Shown: in pieces, positions 1 through 10,887 of the stretch
Numbering within the stretch: position 1 is the first letter of the stretch
Layout: the number at the start of each line of letters is the position of its first letter
Translations under genes and position numbers: made by a program
Notes under the pieces: model-generated
What the model was told of the DNA's origin: nothing
What the model saw: only the letters and a program-made list of their open reading frames with translations
Database searches by the model: none
Source: an uncultured Bacteroidales bacterium
GTDB lineage: Bacteria > Bacteroidota > Bacteroidia > Bacteroidales > WCHB1-69
Direction of reading: 5' to 3'
Assembly (NCBI GenBank): GCA_905233585.1
Contig: CAJOFD010000009.1
Coordinates: 2,136-66,135, forward strand
DNA length: 64,000 nucleotides

Positions 1-728
1 GCAACTGCGTCCATCAATTTTTTCAAGGTTTCCTCATCTGCCAAATAGTAATCTTTGATAAGATTCATATTGTCGTCAAATTCGAAAACATAAGGGATAC
101 CTGTTGGAATATTTGTATCAATAATTGCTTTATTGTCAATATTCTTTAGGTATTGAACAATGGCTCGCAAACTGTTCCCATGAGCGGCAATTATAACTTC
201 TTTGTATTTTTTGATATTGGGTAATATGCTTTCTTTCCAATATGGTAAAATTCTGTCTATTGTATCGCACAATGCTTCGGTTGCAGGGTGAGCCATCTGG
301 TTATCAATTTGTTGGTATCTGATGTCGTTGATAGGATGTCTTTCATCGCTTTCGTCCAATTGCGGCGGACGAACATCAAAACTTCTTCTCCAAAGTTTTA
401 CTTGGGCTTCACCATATTTTTCGGTTGTTTCTTTTTTGTTAAGTCCCTGCAAAGTGCCATAATGTTTTTCGTTTAAACACCATGATTTTTCAGTGGGAAT
501 CCACAATAAATTCATCTCTTCAAGAGCAATGTTTAGTGTTTTGATTGCTCTTTTTAAATATGATGTGTAGGCGTATTTAAAATTAAAGCCTTCTTGTTTC
601 ATGCGTTTTCCTGCTTCGTGTGCTTCATTTACACCATTTTCGGACAAATCAACATCTGTCCAACCCGTAAAGCGATTTTCTTTATTCCATTCGCTTTCGC
701 CATGTCGAATTAATACTAATCTATACAT
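1..728 (-). CDS. gpmA: 2,3-bisphosphoglycerate-dependent phosphoglycerate mutase (3' end runs off the window)
   Basis: Manual translation from ATG at 728: MYRLVLIRHGESEWNKENRFTGWTDVDLSENG..., with the RHG catalytic motif and later AAHGNSLR. Not in the ORF track because it is truncated. Confidence 0.95.
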   Translation of the reverse strand, partial: MYRLVLIRHGESEWNKENRFTGWTDVDLSENGVNEAHEAGKRMKQEGFNFKYAYTSYLKRAIKTLNIALEEMNLLWIPTEKSWCLNEKHYGTLQGLNKKETTEKYGEAQVKLWRRSFDVRPPQLDESDERHPINDIRYQQIDNQMAHPATEALCDTIDRILPYWKESILPNIKKYKEVIIAAHGNSLRAIVQYLKNIDNKAIIDTNIPTGIPYVFEFDDNMNLIKDYYLADEETLKKLMDAV

Positions 729-879
729 AATTCTTTTCTTCTTGTATTTATAAATATGAAACATATAACGTTCAAAATTATTATTTATTGTATATTTTTG
801 TAATCAAAAGAATATCAATTGTTTAAAAAATATATGGAAAAATTATTGGAAAAATATGTAATAATCAAAAAAAAAGTTG

Positions 880-887
880 TACTTTTG
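880..887 (+). promoter_or_regulatory. Bacteroidota sigma-A -7 element upstream of rpmH
   Basis: TACTTTTG matches TAnnTTTG, about 57 nt before the rpmH ATG. Confidence 0.65.
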
Positions 888-943
888 CAATCCCAATTTT
901 AGGGGAGAAATAGAAACGAATAATAACGACAAAAATAGCAGCA

Positions 944-1108
944 ATGAAAAGAACATATCAACCTTCTGTTAGAAAAAGAAAAAACAAACATGGTTTCAGA
1001 GAACGTATGCTCTCTGCTAATGGTAGAAGAGTTTTGGCTGCAAGAAGAGCCAAAGGTAGAAAAAAATTAACGGTTTCTGACGAAAAATTAGGCGGCAAGA
1101 AATTTTAA
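944..1108 (+). CDS. rpmH: 50S ribosomal protein L34
   Basis: Manual translation [54 protein letters not shown] (54 aa, below the ORF-track cutoff). Confidence 0.97.
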   Translation: MKRTYQPSVRKRKNKHGFRERMLSANGRRVLAARRAKGRKKLTVSDEKLGGKKF

Positions 1109-1124
1109 TTGATTGCCTGCATTA

Positions 1125-1166
1125 TACAAAGAGAGGTGAACAGAATGCTGTCCACCTTTTTTTGTA
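1125..1166 (+). terminator. Intrinsic terminator after rpmH
   Basis: Imperfect hairpin AGAGGTGAACAG-AATG-CTGTCCACCTTT followed by a T-tract. Confidence 0.6.
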
Positions 1167-1230
1167 CAAAGATTGCATTTGCACAAATTATTTGAATTTT
1201 TTATGTTATCTTTGCTTTTTAATATTGATA

Positions 1231-3765
1231 ATGATGAATAAAACACAAATTGTAAAACATGTATTGGCAATTGTTTTTTTTGCATTGCTGACTTTGGTTT
1301 ATTTTAAACCTCTTTTAGATGGAAAAGATGTGCAACAATCTGATATGTTGCATTTTGAAGGAATGTCAAAAGAGTTGACAGATTACCATGAAAACACGGG
1401 GGGGTATTCGTATTGGACTAATGCGATGTTTTCCGGCATGACTTCTACTTATATTTATGGTCCTCCTGATGCCAATGTTTATAATTGGCTGTCTGCTCCC
1501 ATACAAAAAGGTACGCCAATGAGGAGTTTTGGTATCATATTTATGATGCTGATAGGGGCATATATTGCCATGTTGGCTTTTGGTATGAGTTTTTGGGTGG
1601 CTTTAGGGGCGGCCATTGCCTATGCTTTTTGTTCGTACAATTTTATTATTATAGAAGCAGGACATATTACCAAGGCCTATGCTATTGCTGTTTTACCATT
1701 GGTTATCAGTGGGGTTGTGTTGGCTTATCAAAACAAAAGAGTTGCGGGCTTTTTCTTGTTTATGATAGGATTTGGCTTGAGTTTGGCACAATCGCATCCT
1801 CAGATTACCTATTATACGGCATTGGCGGTAGCAGCCTATGCATTAATTGTTTTTATATATGCTATTATTCAAAAAACATTGCTTGATTTCTTTAAGTCTA
1901 GCGGTGTTTTGATAATTGCTCTTATTTTGGCTTTGTTGCCTAATCTTGGATTGTTGTATCAGAGTTATGATTATTCCAAAGAGAGTATGAGAGGCAAAAG
2001 CGAACTTACGGCCAAAGCAGAAGAAAACGGTAGCGGTTTGGCTTATGATTATGCGTATGCGTGGAGTTATGGTAAAGGGGAAACTTTTTCTCTGTTAGTG
2101 CCCAATATGGCAGGTGGGGCTTCGCATTTCAGAACTTTTGAAGAAATGCAAGAGTTCATGCCGTCAACTATAAATACTTTACAAACAAAACGTTTTGAAC
2201 AAGATCCCAATCAATTGTTGCAACAATGTTCCACCTATTGGGGTGAACAACCTTTTACCTCTGGACCTGTTTATGTGGGTGCGGTTATTTGTTTGTTGTT
2301 TGTGTTTAGTTTGTTTGTTGTCAAAGGCAAGATGAGAATATGGGCTATTGTTGTTTTCCTGTTTTCGATTGCTTTGGCTTGGGGAAAACATTTCCCTTTG
2401 CTGAATGATTTCTTTTTCAATTATTTTCCAATGCACAATAAGTTCAGAACACCCTCTATGATATTGGTGCTGACTGCTTTTATTATGGCTTTTTATGGCT
2501 TTTATGGTTTGAATATATTGACAGACAAAAACAAACAAACAGATAAGAAAAAAATAAATCGTCATTTATACATATCGTTTGGAATAGTGGGTGGTATGTC
2601 ATTGTTGTTTGCCATTATGCCAAATGTATTTTTTGATTTTACCTGTGATAGAGACAACTTGTTGCCTGCAGAATTGTTGGCAGCCTTGCAATCGGACAGG
2701 CAAGCCATGTTGGTGGCTGATGCATGGCGGACATTAGGCTTTGTGTTTGTAACAGCCATTTTGCTTTGGTTGATTATCAACGAAAAAGTAAAAAAACAAC
2801 AATATATTGTCGTAGTTATATCGTTATTGGCATTGTTTGATTTGTGGAATGTGGACAAACGTTATTTGAATGATAATAATTTTGAAGAAAAGAAAGTAAG
2901 TATCAATCAACAATATCAGTTTACACCTTGCGATGCGGCTATTAAACAAGATGTTTCTTTGGGTTATCGTGTTTTAAATTTAGCGGCAAGTCCATTTAAT
3001 GATGCTCATGCTTCCTATTTCCACCATTCCATAGGTGGGTATCATGGTGCAAAAATCAGACGATACCAAGAATTTATCGATTCGGTGATGATGAATGATT
3101 TGAATAGATTTACAACGCAAATCAACACCATACGTTCAGATTCAGAACAACATGTTTTTATGTCGTCATTGCAGTCGTTGAATATGTTGAATGCCAAATA
3201 TTTCATTTATAATTATCAGGCTGCTCCATTGGTGAATACTGAAATATTCGGACCTGCATGGTTTGTAGATAATGTAAAAATGGTGGATAATGCAGATGAA
3301 GAGATTGCAGCTTTTAGAAATACCGATGTGAAAACAACTGCGATTGTAAACAAACAATTTGCACAACAAGTGCAAAAATTCAACTCGCAACACAACAAAA
3401 ATTCCACTATTGCTTTAATACAGAAAGATTCAAAAACATTAACTTATAATGTTAATGCCGTAAAAGATGAATTGGTTGTTTTTTCTGAAATATTTTATCC
3501 CAAATATTGGAAAGTTACGATTGATGGTAAAGATTGTTCTGCGGATTTGTTTAGAGCCGACTATATACTTCGTGCCATGATGGTTCCGCAAGGGCAACAC
3601 ACTATTCATTTTGAATTTGTGCCTCAAGCATGGATAAATGCAAGAACGGTATCTATGATAAGTTCTATATTGATACTTCTTTTTATGTTGGGAAGTTTGG
3701 CATATTATGCTTATAACTATTATAAGAAAAACCCTAAAACGTTTGCGAAGGCAGAACAAAGATAA
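1231..3765 (+). CDS. YfhO-family polytopic membrane protein (GT-C-type glycosyltransferase-like)
   Basis: Multi-TM protein with WTNAMFSGM, HPQITYY, YWGEQPFTSGPVYVG and GGYHGAK motifs typical of Bacteroidota YfhO. Start moved to ATG 1231 because a TATCTTTG promoter lies at 1207-1214. Confidence 0.8.
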   Translation: MMNKTQIVKHVLAIVFFALLTLVYFKPLLDGKDVQQSDMLHFEGMSKELTDYHENTGGYSYWTNAMFSGMTSTYIYGPPDANVYNWLSAPIQKGTPMRSFGIIFMMLIGAYIAMLAFGMSFWVALGAAIAYAFCSYNFIIIEAGHITKAYAIAVLPLVISGVVLAYQNKRVAGFFLFMIGFGLSLAQSHPQITYYTALAVAAYALIVFIYAIIQKTLLDFFKSSGVLIIALILALLPNLGLLYQSYDYSKESMRGKSELTAKAEENGSGLAYDYAYAWSYGKGETFSLLVPNMAGGASHFRTFEEMQEFMPSTINTLQTKRFEQDPNQLLQQCSTYWGEQPFTSGPVYVGAVICLLFVFSLFVVKGKMRIWAIVVFLFSIALAWGKHFPLLNDFFFNYFPMHNKFRTPSMILVLTAFIMAFYGFYGLNILTDKNKQTDKKKINRHLYISFGIVGGMSLLFAIMPNVFFDFTCDRDNLLPAELLAALQSDRQAMLVADAWRTLGFVFVTAILLWLIINEKVKKQQYIVVVISLLALFDLWNVDKRYLNDNNFEEKKVSINQQYQFTPCDAAIKQDVSLGYRVLNLAASPFNDAHASYFHHSIGGYHGAKIRRYQEFIDSVMMNDLNRFTTQINTIRSDSEQHVFMSSLQSLNMLNAKYFIYNYQAAPLVNTEIFGPAWFVDNVKMVDNADEEIAAFRNTDVKTTAIVNKQFAQQVQKFNSQHNKNSTIALIQKDSKTLTYNVNAVKDELVVFSEIFYPKYWKVTIDGKDCSADLFRADYILRAMMVPQGQHTIHFEFVPQAWINARTVSMISSILILLFMLGSLAYYAYNYYKKNPKTFAKAEQR

Positions 3766-3792
3766 GTTGTTTATATTATCAAAAAACATACC

Positions 3793-3831
3793 CAGCAACA
3801 GCAAGGTGTCTTTGATACCTTGCTGTTGCTG
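3793..3831. terminator. Long stem-loop after the YfhO gene
   Basis: CAGCAACAGCAAGGTGTC-TTT-GATACCTTGCTGTTGCTG, 18-bp stem with one G-U pair; weak T-tract. Confidence 0.55.
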
Positions 3832-3986
3832 CCTGTTATTATGTTGTTAATAAAAATCTTTTATCAAAAAAGGCGATAAATTAAAAAAATATGATAAATT
3901 TGCATTTTCAAAAAATGAATTGATTAAAAAAGGAAGAAGCCGAAAATCCAGAACAGAGTAGGCCTTATAAAATTTTCATAAAAAAA

Positions 3987-6900
3987 ATGAAAAAGTCAAT
4001 TTTATTATTGTGTAGCCTATTGCTTTTGTTGCAAGCAACATGGGCTCAAGTTACCGTTGTCGGCTCCGAGAATTTTGACGGAACAAGTCATACGTTTTCG
4101 GCTACGACCATGAACGGTGCAACATGGACAATAGACCAGAGCTATTATTACAATGGGACAAAGTCTATTGGAGGTGCAATCCCTATTTTTACAGGTGACT
4201 CCATTGTTTTAACAAGTCCAATTTATGATTTTTCACTTTACGGCTGGGTAGAAATGTCTTTTGCTCATATCTGTAAGGTTTCTGTATTGGACGAATGTAA
4301 GGTTCAATACCGATTGGACGCTATGGGACCAATGGGTGCATGGAAAGATATTCCTGCTACTGCCTATAAGGGAACAGGCAGAAATTACGGTGCTGTCGGT
4401 TTTAATGCAAATTCCTACGATATCTGGAATGCGGCAGACAGCAATGCAATGCCAGTCAACAGCACTTGGTGGCAATCAGAATTGTTTGATGTTACCAACG
4501 AAGTGTCTTACGACAGGGCTCAATTTCGTTTTGTTTTGAAAAGAACGGCAACTGCCGCAACACTTGTTAATTACGGGTGGTTGATAGATGCATTTCAAGT
4601 ACGAGCATCTACTTATGAAATCAAACCTCCTGTTGTACAATTGTTGAATACTTATAAGGATACGGTTGCATATACAGGACCATATGTTGTAAATGCTAAA
4701 GTGGCTTCACGTACAGCCGCCAAAACGGTTACTCCCAAATTGTATTGGACAGCCGTACAACCTAATGGTATGGGTACTGTAAATGATTCTATAGCTATGA
4801 CTGCCTACGAAGGCGATTCCTTGTGGACAGCCTATATTCCGCAATATGTATTTGGAACATCTATTTCTTATAAAGTAATAGGAAAAGATACAACTGGTAA
4901 TACGGATTCCGCAGTTTCAACAGGTTTTATTTCCAAGAGAGTATTCTCCAATTATATATATGTGGGAGATACAACTTTAACTAACACTATTAGCACTATT
5001 CCTTATGAGTCTTATTATGATTATTCATGGTCAAGAACATTGTATCTGGCTTCTGAATTGCAATTAGGACCTATTACACATATTGCTTGGAGATGTAATA
5101 CTAATAATGTTACAACAAATAACATAAGTGTATATTTTAAACAAACCACAGATGTATCAATATCGTCATCTACATCTTATATAAATCCTATAACAGACGG
5201 GGCTACATTGGTTTGGCAAGGTTCAATAACAACGGTTAATGGTTGGGTAGATATAACCTTGAATGATGCTTTTTATGTACAGAATGGTTATGGGTTGATA
5301 GTTTATGTGGATAATAATGATGGAAGTTGGACGAATGCTATTGCTTGGCGTTCTCATGCTGTTTCAACTGCCTTGCAACCGGTTTTTGGACGGCAAGATG
5401 CTTCAATGCCAAGTAGTGGCAGTGTTTCTTCTACAAGACCTCACACAAGATTTTATCTGAACAAAACAATAGACAGCACGGCAATGACTTTGTTGCAAAT
5501 TTCAGGTGGAGATACTGTTACGGTTTCGCCTGCAAGTGCAACCTCTATTAGTGTAGATGTTTTGAATTCCGGATATTATAATCTTACTTCTGCTGTATTG
5601 GGTTGGAGTGTAAACGGTGTTGTACAAAGCAACAATGTACCATGGAGTGGAAATCTGTATGCAGATTACCAAGATGTATGTGCTTTAGGTAGTTATTCAC
5701 CCAAAATGAACGGCTATGATACAGTTGAAGTGTGGGTAAACAGTGTTAATGGAAAGGCTGTAACACAAAAGGATACTTTGACAAAACGTATTTATGGTTC
5801 TGCGGATATTGTGCTTGCTTGGCAGAAATATATGGAAGACACTGTTTATACTACAGGACCTTTTGAATTTGAGGTTTCGGCTCACTCCTTGTCAGGTAGA
5901 ACTATTACCGCAATAGGTCTTGCCTATACACTCAAACAAAATGGTACAACCATAGCCACAGGTACATTGCCTCTAAACAATAATGGTAATAATATGTGGA
6001 GCATAAAAGTTGCCAATCTTTCTTATGGTACAGAAGTTATTTATGCTGCACAAGCCACAGACTATATGGGCAATGTGGTTTCATTGGGCAAGACAAGTTA
6101 TATAGACGGTACTAAAACAGTTGGCTTGGTTGCTATAGGAGATACAACTTGTTCCCGTAGTTTATCTTATATTCCTTCAAGTTCAGGTATAAATAGTTCT
6201 TGGTCAAGAATGTTGTATACGGCTTCAGAAGTTGGAGGTAAAACGTTGTTTGGTGTAGCATGGTATTCAACCAATGGACCAACTGCTCCTGTGCCAGGGG
6301 AGACACTTTATGCAAGATTGGTAAATTATAATACTATAGCAGACGAGGGTACTACGGGTCATATAGATCCTCTTTCCGTAGGGGCAACATTGGTTTGGCA
6401 AGGCTCTATTCCAAATTTGACCAGCAATGGCGGTTGGTTTGAATGTGAGTTTAATACACCTATTCAAGTACCTAACAATATGGGTGTGATGTTGTATTAT
6501 GAACACAACACCACTTCTGTTTCTTCCTCGTATTTTTGTGGTACTGTAACAGGCTATACACGTAGTTCTGGAGGTGATGAAGCAAGACCGGCTACTAAAT
6601 TTCACATGGCTGTTCCAAGAACATGGAATGCCAACTCTGTGGCATTGGAAGAAATTGTTTCTCCTGAAATAAGTGTTGCTCCAAGTTCACAACCTCTTAA
6701 AGTGATTATCAGAAACAAGGGTAGTCAGAATTTGAATTGTACTATTGCTTATTCTGTTAATGGAGGTACACCTGTTACTTATAATTATACCCAAGGTTTG
6801 GCTTGCGATTTTATAGACACAGTTCTTTTAGGCAATATTGCCATGACATACGGTAATGTTTACCATATAACGGTATGGGTATCTGACCCGAATGGTCAAG

Positions 6901-9900
6901 TTGATCCTGTAACTTCCGATGACACTTTATCAGTGATGTCGGTTCCATGTAGCAGCCAGTTGGCTCCGGGAACATTTACCATTGGTCCTTCTGCCAATGC
7001 AGATTTCGCTACACTTGACCAATTTATCAGAATTGCACAATATTGTGGCATCTCGTCTCATGGTACTTTCAGATTGGAAATGGAAACAGGCACTCATAAT
7101 GGTCAGGGCAACTTCGCTTATCTCCAAAGGGTATTCAACAACAATGATGAGATAATACTTACCTCTCAATCAGGCAATGCTTCTGATGTTGTTTTATCCA
7201 ATAGCGATAATGTAATTGTTTTGGGTAGGAATTACAATGTTTATATAAACAATTTGACCATTGCAACTACAACGGCATCTGCTGCAGGTGTATATTTTGA
7301 TAGTGCATGCAGTAATGTGGAAATTAAAAATTGTGTGTTCAATATGAGTAACACCGCATCTTCAGCAACAGGTTCTGCCATTTATTTCCCGGGTTCCACA
7401 AGCAATACGGGTATGGGTAATCTGCGTATTTTGAACAATACCTTTAATGATGGTTATGCAGGTTTGTGGTTAACCTATGCTAATGCAAATTATGCAGGCG
7501 TGGCAAACAATCCTGCCAGAATTACTATTACCAATAATAAATTTAACCGATTCCGTTATTATGGAGTTTATGCTTATAATTATATTGGTATTGATAGGAT
7601 AGCCGACAATGAATTTGTTTCTTCTACGGCTGGAAATACAATTTATACAATAAACTTAGGTTATACGCGAATAGATAGTGGTGTTGTTCGTAATAAAATC
7701 TTATTACAAAATTCGAGTACTGGTTATGGTATAAGGTTGTATTACGCACATAATGCAAGCACGGGAACAACTGTTCCTGCTCTGATTGCTAACAATGAAA
7801 TACGCAAACTTTCAGGGTCAGGTACTTTCTATGGTTTGTATCAAAATTATGCCAAAGCCAATTGGTATCACAATACGGTTTATCATGCAGGTACAGGCTC
7901 TTCTTATGGTATTTATGTTAATACTACCAATACTACATATCCTGCAAGTATCAGGAACAATATCTTTGTTTCCAACAGTTCATCTACAACCAACTATCCT
8001 ATCTATGGTACAGTTACCAATTTGAATAATTGTGATTTGGATTACAATTGTTATTGGGGACCAAGAGCAGGCACCTCAACTTCGTATGTAGGTTATGCAG
8101 GTGCTGCAAAAGCAGATTTGACGGCATGGAGAGCAGCCTTGAACGGCAAAGATTCCAATTCGGTTTCGTTAGACCCGCAATTTAAGAACATATCTCAAAA
8201 TGGAGATATAAACAATTATACGGCTTTGATGTGTCCTACAAGAGGAGTTGATGCTGATATAAACGGCAATAAACGTTGGAGTGTGTCTGCTATGGGTGCA
8301 TATACTCCGATTGTCGGTATTCAGGGTACCGATTTGGAATTGGTGGCTATGGTTGAACCTGATACAAGCAATACCGAACTTTGTACGCCAAACTATGTTA
8401 CTGCAAAATATACTGTAAAAAATGTGGGGACAGACATGGTTGATTTCTCACAAACACCAATGACTTTGACGCTTTATGTTTCAGGAGCGGATTCTGCCGT
8501 TTGGGATACTGTCATCAGCACAGGTTCTCTTATGCCGTTTGTTGTGGATACCTTTGTTGTTACCAATATGCTTAATGTAGATGTCAATGGTATATTGAAT
8601 TTTGTAGGTGTGGTAACATGCAGTGCGGATACCATCAAAACCAACGATACTGTATATTCAACTTTCGGTCCGACACGTTGGATGTTGCCTTTGGATGAAA
8701 ACTTCTCCAACGGATTCCCTGAATCTATGCAGGTAAGAGGCAACAATACTGCTGACAGTTGGACAATCATGCTTGACAGCAATGCTTCAGGCACTGTAAT
8801 TCCTCAGTTCGGCAATGCAATGATGACCTTTGAAGGCAACCGTGGCGCTACAAGCAAATTGATGACCCGCCAGTTGAACTTTAGTAATATCAGAGAACCT
8901 ATATTGGAATTCTGGTATTGGCACGATACAAGTGCAAGTGTTGCAACAGGTTCTTTGGCAGACTTTGTCAATGTGGCTTATACTGTCAATGGCGGTGTTT
9001 CGTATGTTGCTTTGGAAAGACTGCAAAAGAATGACGGTTCAGGCAGAATGGGCTGGCACAGACATATGGTTTCGTTAGACTCTGCTATCGGTGCTTCTTG
9101 TGTTATCATTACTTTTGATGCTACAAGATTGTCTTTGGCTCAATATGACGGTGCACAATATCTTGACAGAATACGTGTTACGGCTAAACAGGATGTGGCT
9201 GTTACCGATATATTGACAAGCCCGATTACCGTTTGCAACACCACTACCGATTTGTCGGTTGTGTTAGAAAATGTAAGTTCGCAAGCGATAGATTTCTCTG
9301 TTTCTCCAACTGCTTTGCAAGTGGAGATTACCGGAGCAATGACACGTTCGTTTACCTATCCGTTGACAAGTGGCACTCTTGCTGCTTTGTCTAAAGATAC
9401 CTTTGATATTACAACAGGTTTGACATTTAACAATGGTAATTATCATATTGCCGTTAAAATAGCAACTGCTATTGACAACAATGACAATAACGATACCATG
9501 AGCAAGGATATAAACATCAATCCTTCATTATTGGTAGATGCTCAAAAGGTAAGTACAAGCAGCAGTTGTTTGATACCGGCTACGCCGATATATCAAGTGG
9601 TGAACTTAAACAACAATGGTGATATGGATATGTCAGACCTCGTATTTGTTTTGGAAGTTTCCAACTCTACGGGTTCTGTTGTTGAAACCTTGAGAGATAC
9701 CATGACAGGTGTGTTGTCCGCCGGTGCGAGCGTTTCACATACATTTGCTTATCCTTATTCTGTTCCTAACGATGTTCAATACAATGTAGCGGTAACCGTT
9801 GCTCCTATGTGCAACGCTGCTATGACTTACCAATCGGTAATCAATGAATGTATTGAATCCAACGATTTGTCTGTTGATGGCATTATTACACCTGCAAATG

Positions 9901-10487
9901 ACGGCACTTGTAACAAAGTGGGCGACAGATTGGTTGTAAAAGTCAAAGTCAGCAACAAGAATCCTAACGATGATGCACAAAATGTAGTGGTTCATGCTGC
10001 AATTACGGACAATAACGGCACTCAGTTGGCTGCATGGGACGAAACGCTAGGTATAATTTATGCAGATGATTACGAAGAACTGGAATTCCCGATGTTTATC
10101 ATTCCTTCAGTTCCAAGTTATACCGTTAGTGCATACCTCGTTGGTAACAGCGATATGGTAGCAGCGAACGATACCGCAGCACCTGTAACCAAATGTACTG
10201 ATTTGGCTATTGAAAATGCTACCGCTGACAATATTTCAATGAGCCAGAATATTCCTAACCCTGCCAAAGGAATAACAAGTGTAAACTACACTATTCCTGA
10301 AGACGGAAAGGTAATGTTCAACATTATGAGCGTAACAGGTCAGGTACTCTACACAGAAGAAGTAAATGCAATGAGCGGAAACAATCGTATTGAATTCAAT
10401 ACGGCAAGTTTGGCCTCTGGCATATATTTCTACACGATGACATTTAATGGTCAAAGAATTGTTAAGAGAATGACCATAGAAAGATAA
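3987..10487 (+). CDS. Large T9SS type A sorting-domain surface protein (2166 aa; duplicated N-terminal modules, parallel beta-helix, CARDB/Ig-like repeats)
   Basis: Sec signal peptide; C-terminal SQNIPNPAK...LASGIYFYTMTFNGQRIVKRMTIER is a T9SS CTD; repeated I-x-N-N-x-F beta-helix rungs. Confidence 0.85.
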   Translation: MKKSILLLCSLLLLLQATWAQVTVVGSENFDGTSHTFSATTMNGATWTIDQSYYYNGTKSIGGAIPIFTGDSIVLTSPIYDFSLYGWVEMSFAHICKVSVLDECKVQYRLDAMGPMGAWKDIPATAYKGTGRNYGAVGFNANSYDIWNAADSNAMPVNSTWWQSELFDVTNEVSYDRAQFRFVLKRTATAATLVNYGWLIDAFQVRASTYEIKPPVVQLLNTYKDTVAYTGPYVVNAKVASRTAAKTVTPKLYWTAVQPNGMGTVNDSIAMTAYEGDSLWTAYIPQYVFGTSISYKVIGKDTTGNTDSAVSTGFISKRVFSNYIYVGDTTLTNTISTIPYESYYDYSWSRTLYLASELQLGPITHIAWRCNTNNVTTNNISVYFKQTTDVSISSSTSYINPITDGATLVWQGSITTVNGWVDITLNDAFYVQNGYGLIVYVDNNDGSWTNAIAWRSHAVSTALQPVFGRQDASMPSSGSVSSTRPHTRFYLNKTIDSTAMTLLQISGGDTVTVSPASATSISVDVLNSGYYNLTSAVLGWSVNGVVQSNNVPWSGNLYADYQDVCALGSYSPKMNGYDTVEVWVNSVNGKAVTQKDTLTKRIYGSADIVLAWQKYMEDTVYTTGPFEFEVSAHSLSGRTITAIGLAYTLKQNGTTIATGTLPLNNNGNNMWSIKVANLSYGTEVIYAAQATDYMGNVVSLGKTSYIDGTKTVGLVAIGDTTCSRSLSYIPSSSGINSSWSRMLYTASEVGGKTLFGVAWYSTNGPTAPVPGETLYARLVNYNTIADEGTTGHIDPLSVGATLVWQGSIPNLTSNGGWFECEFNTPIQVPNNMGVMLYYEHNTTSVSSSYFCGTVTGYTRSSGGDEARPATKFHMAVPRTWNANSVALEEIVSPEISVAPSSQPLKVIIRNKGSQNLNCTIAYSVNGGTPVTYNYTQGLACDFIDTVLLGNIAMTYGNVYHITVWVSDPNGQVDPVTSDDTLSVMSVPCSSQLAPGTFTIGPSANADFATLDQFIRIAQYCGISSHGTFRLEMETGTHNGQGNFAYLQRVFNNNDEIILTSQSGNASDVVLSNSDNVIVLGRNYNVYINNLTIATTTASAAGVYFDSACSNVEIKNCVFNMSNTASSATGSAIYFPGSTSNTGMGNLRILNNTFNDGYAGLWLTYANANYAGVANNPARITITNNKFNRFRYYGVYAYNYIGIDRIADNEFVSSTAGNTIYTINLGYTRIDSGVVRNKILLQNSSTGYGIRLYYAHNASTGTTVPALIANNEIRKLSGSGTFYGLYQNYAKANWYHNTVYHAGTGSSYGIYVNTTNTTYPASIRNNIFVSNSSSTTNYPIYGTVTNLNNCDLDYNCYWGPRAGTSTSYVGYAGAAKADLTAWRAALNGKDSNSVSLDPQFKNISQNGDINNYTALMCPTRGVDADINGNKRWSVSAMGAYTPIVGIQGTDLELVAMVEPDTSNTELCTPNYVTAKYTVKNVGTDMVDFSQTPMTLTLYVSGADSAVWDTVISTGSLMPFVVDTFVVTNMLNVDVNGILNFVGVVTCSADTIKTNDTVYSTFGPTRWMLPLDENFSNGFPESMQVRGNNTADSWTIMLDSNASGTVIPQFGNAMMTFEGNRGATSKLMTRQLNFSNIREPILEFWYWHDTSASVATGSLADFVNVAYTVNGGVSYVALERLQKNDGSGRMGWHRHMVSLDSAIGASCVIITFDATRLSLAQYDGAQYLDRIRVTAKQDVAVTDILTSPITVCNTTTDLSVVLENVSSQAIDFSVSPTALQVEITGAMTRSFTYPLTSGTLAALSKDTFDITTGLTFNNGNYHIAVKIATAIDNNDNNDTMSKDININPSLLVDAQKVSTSSSCLIPATPIYQVVNLNNNGDMDMSDLVFVLEVSNSTGSVVETLRDTMTGVLSAGASVSHTFAYPYSVPNDVQYNVAVTVAPMCNAAMTYQSVINECIESNDLSVDGIITPANDGTCNKVGDRLVVKVKVSNKNPNDDAQNVVVHAAITDNNGTQLAAWDETLGIIYADDYEELEFPMFIIPSVPSYTVSAYLVGNSDMVAANDTAAPVTKCTDLAIENATADNISMSQNIPNPAKGITSVNYTIPEDGKVMFNIMSVTGQVLYTEEVNAMSGNNRIEFNTASLASGIYFYTMTFNGQRIVKRMTIER

Positions 10488-10514
10488 AGTGGAATTTTCT
10501 AGATTTTCAAGTAT

Positions 10515-10540
10515 AGGGCAACCTCAGGGTTGCCTTTTTT
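10515..10540 (+). terminator. Intrinsic terminator
   Basis: AGGGCAACC-TCAG-GGTTGCCTT plus T-tract after the T9SS gene. Confidence 0.75.
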
Positions 10541-10653
10541 ATTAAGAACCGATGTAGAGATGTGTTATGACGTATTTTGGTATTTTTGTTACCATTAATT
10601 AATATATTGTATCATTGTTTTTATCCGATAATATCAATCGGAGCAATTTTATG

Positions 10654-10795
10654 TTTGCGGAATGTTCCGCAAGTACCAAAAATCAAAAAGTAGTTCTTGC
10701 GGGCGACCCGCAAGAATAAAAAATCAAGAAGTGGTATTTGCGGGCGACCCGCAAGAACAAATTTGTCAAAAAGTTATTCGCAGGCGACCTGCAAG
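10654..10795. repeat. Four degenerate tandem ~41-bp units each containing a GC-rich palindrome (REP/BIME-like)
   Basis: Palindrome cores starting at 10655 (TTGCGGAATGTTCCGCAAG), 10697 and 10738 (TTGCGGGCGACCCGCAAG) and 10778 (TCGCAGGCGACCTGCAAG), with related A-rich linkers. Confidence 0.85.
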
Positions 10796-10887
10796 TCTTA
10801 AAGCCACAGATTTTTTTACCTTGAATTTTAATGGATTTTATGTTGTGAAAATGACTATCTTTGCATCGCATAAAAAATCAATCAAAG

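Noticed and set aside
729-943. Replication origin next to rpmH
   Set aside because: No dnaA/rnpA/yidC and no clustered DnaA boxes; it reads as an ordinary divergent promoter region.
10654-10795. CRISPR array
   Set aside because: Repeats are about 19 bp and degenerate, linkers are about 22 bp and similar to each other, and no cas operon is adjacent.
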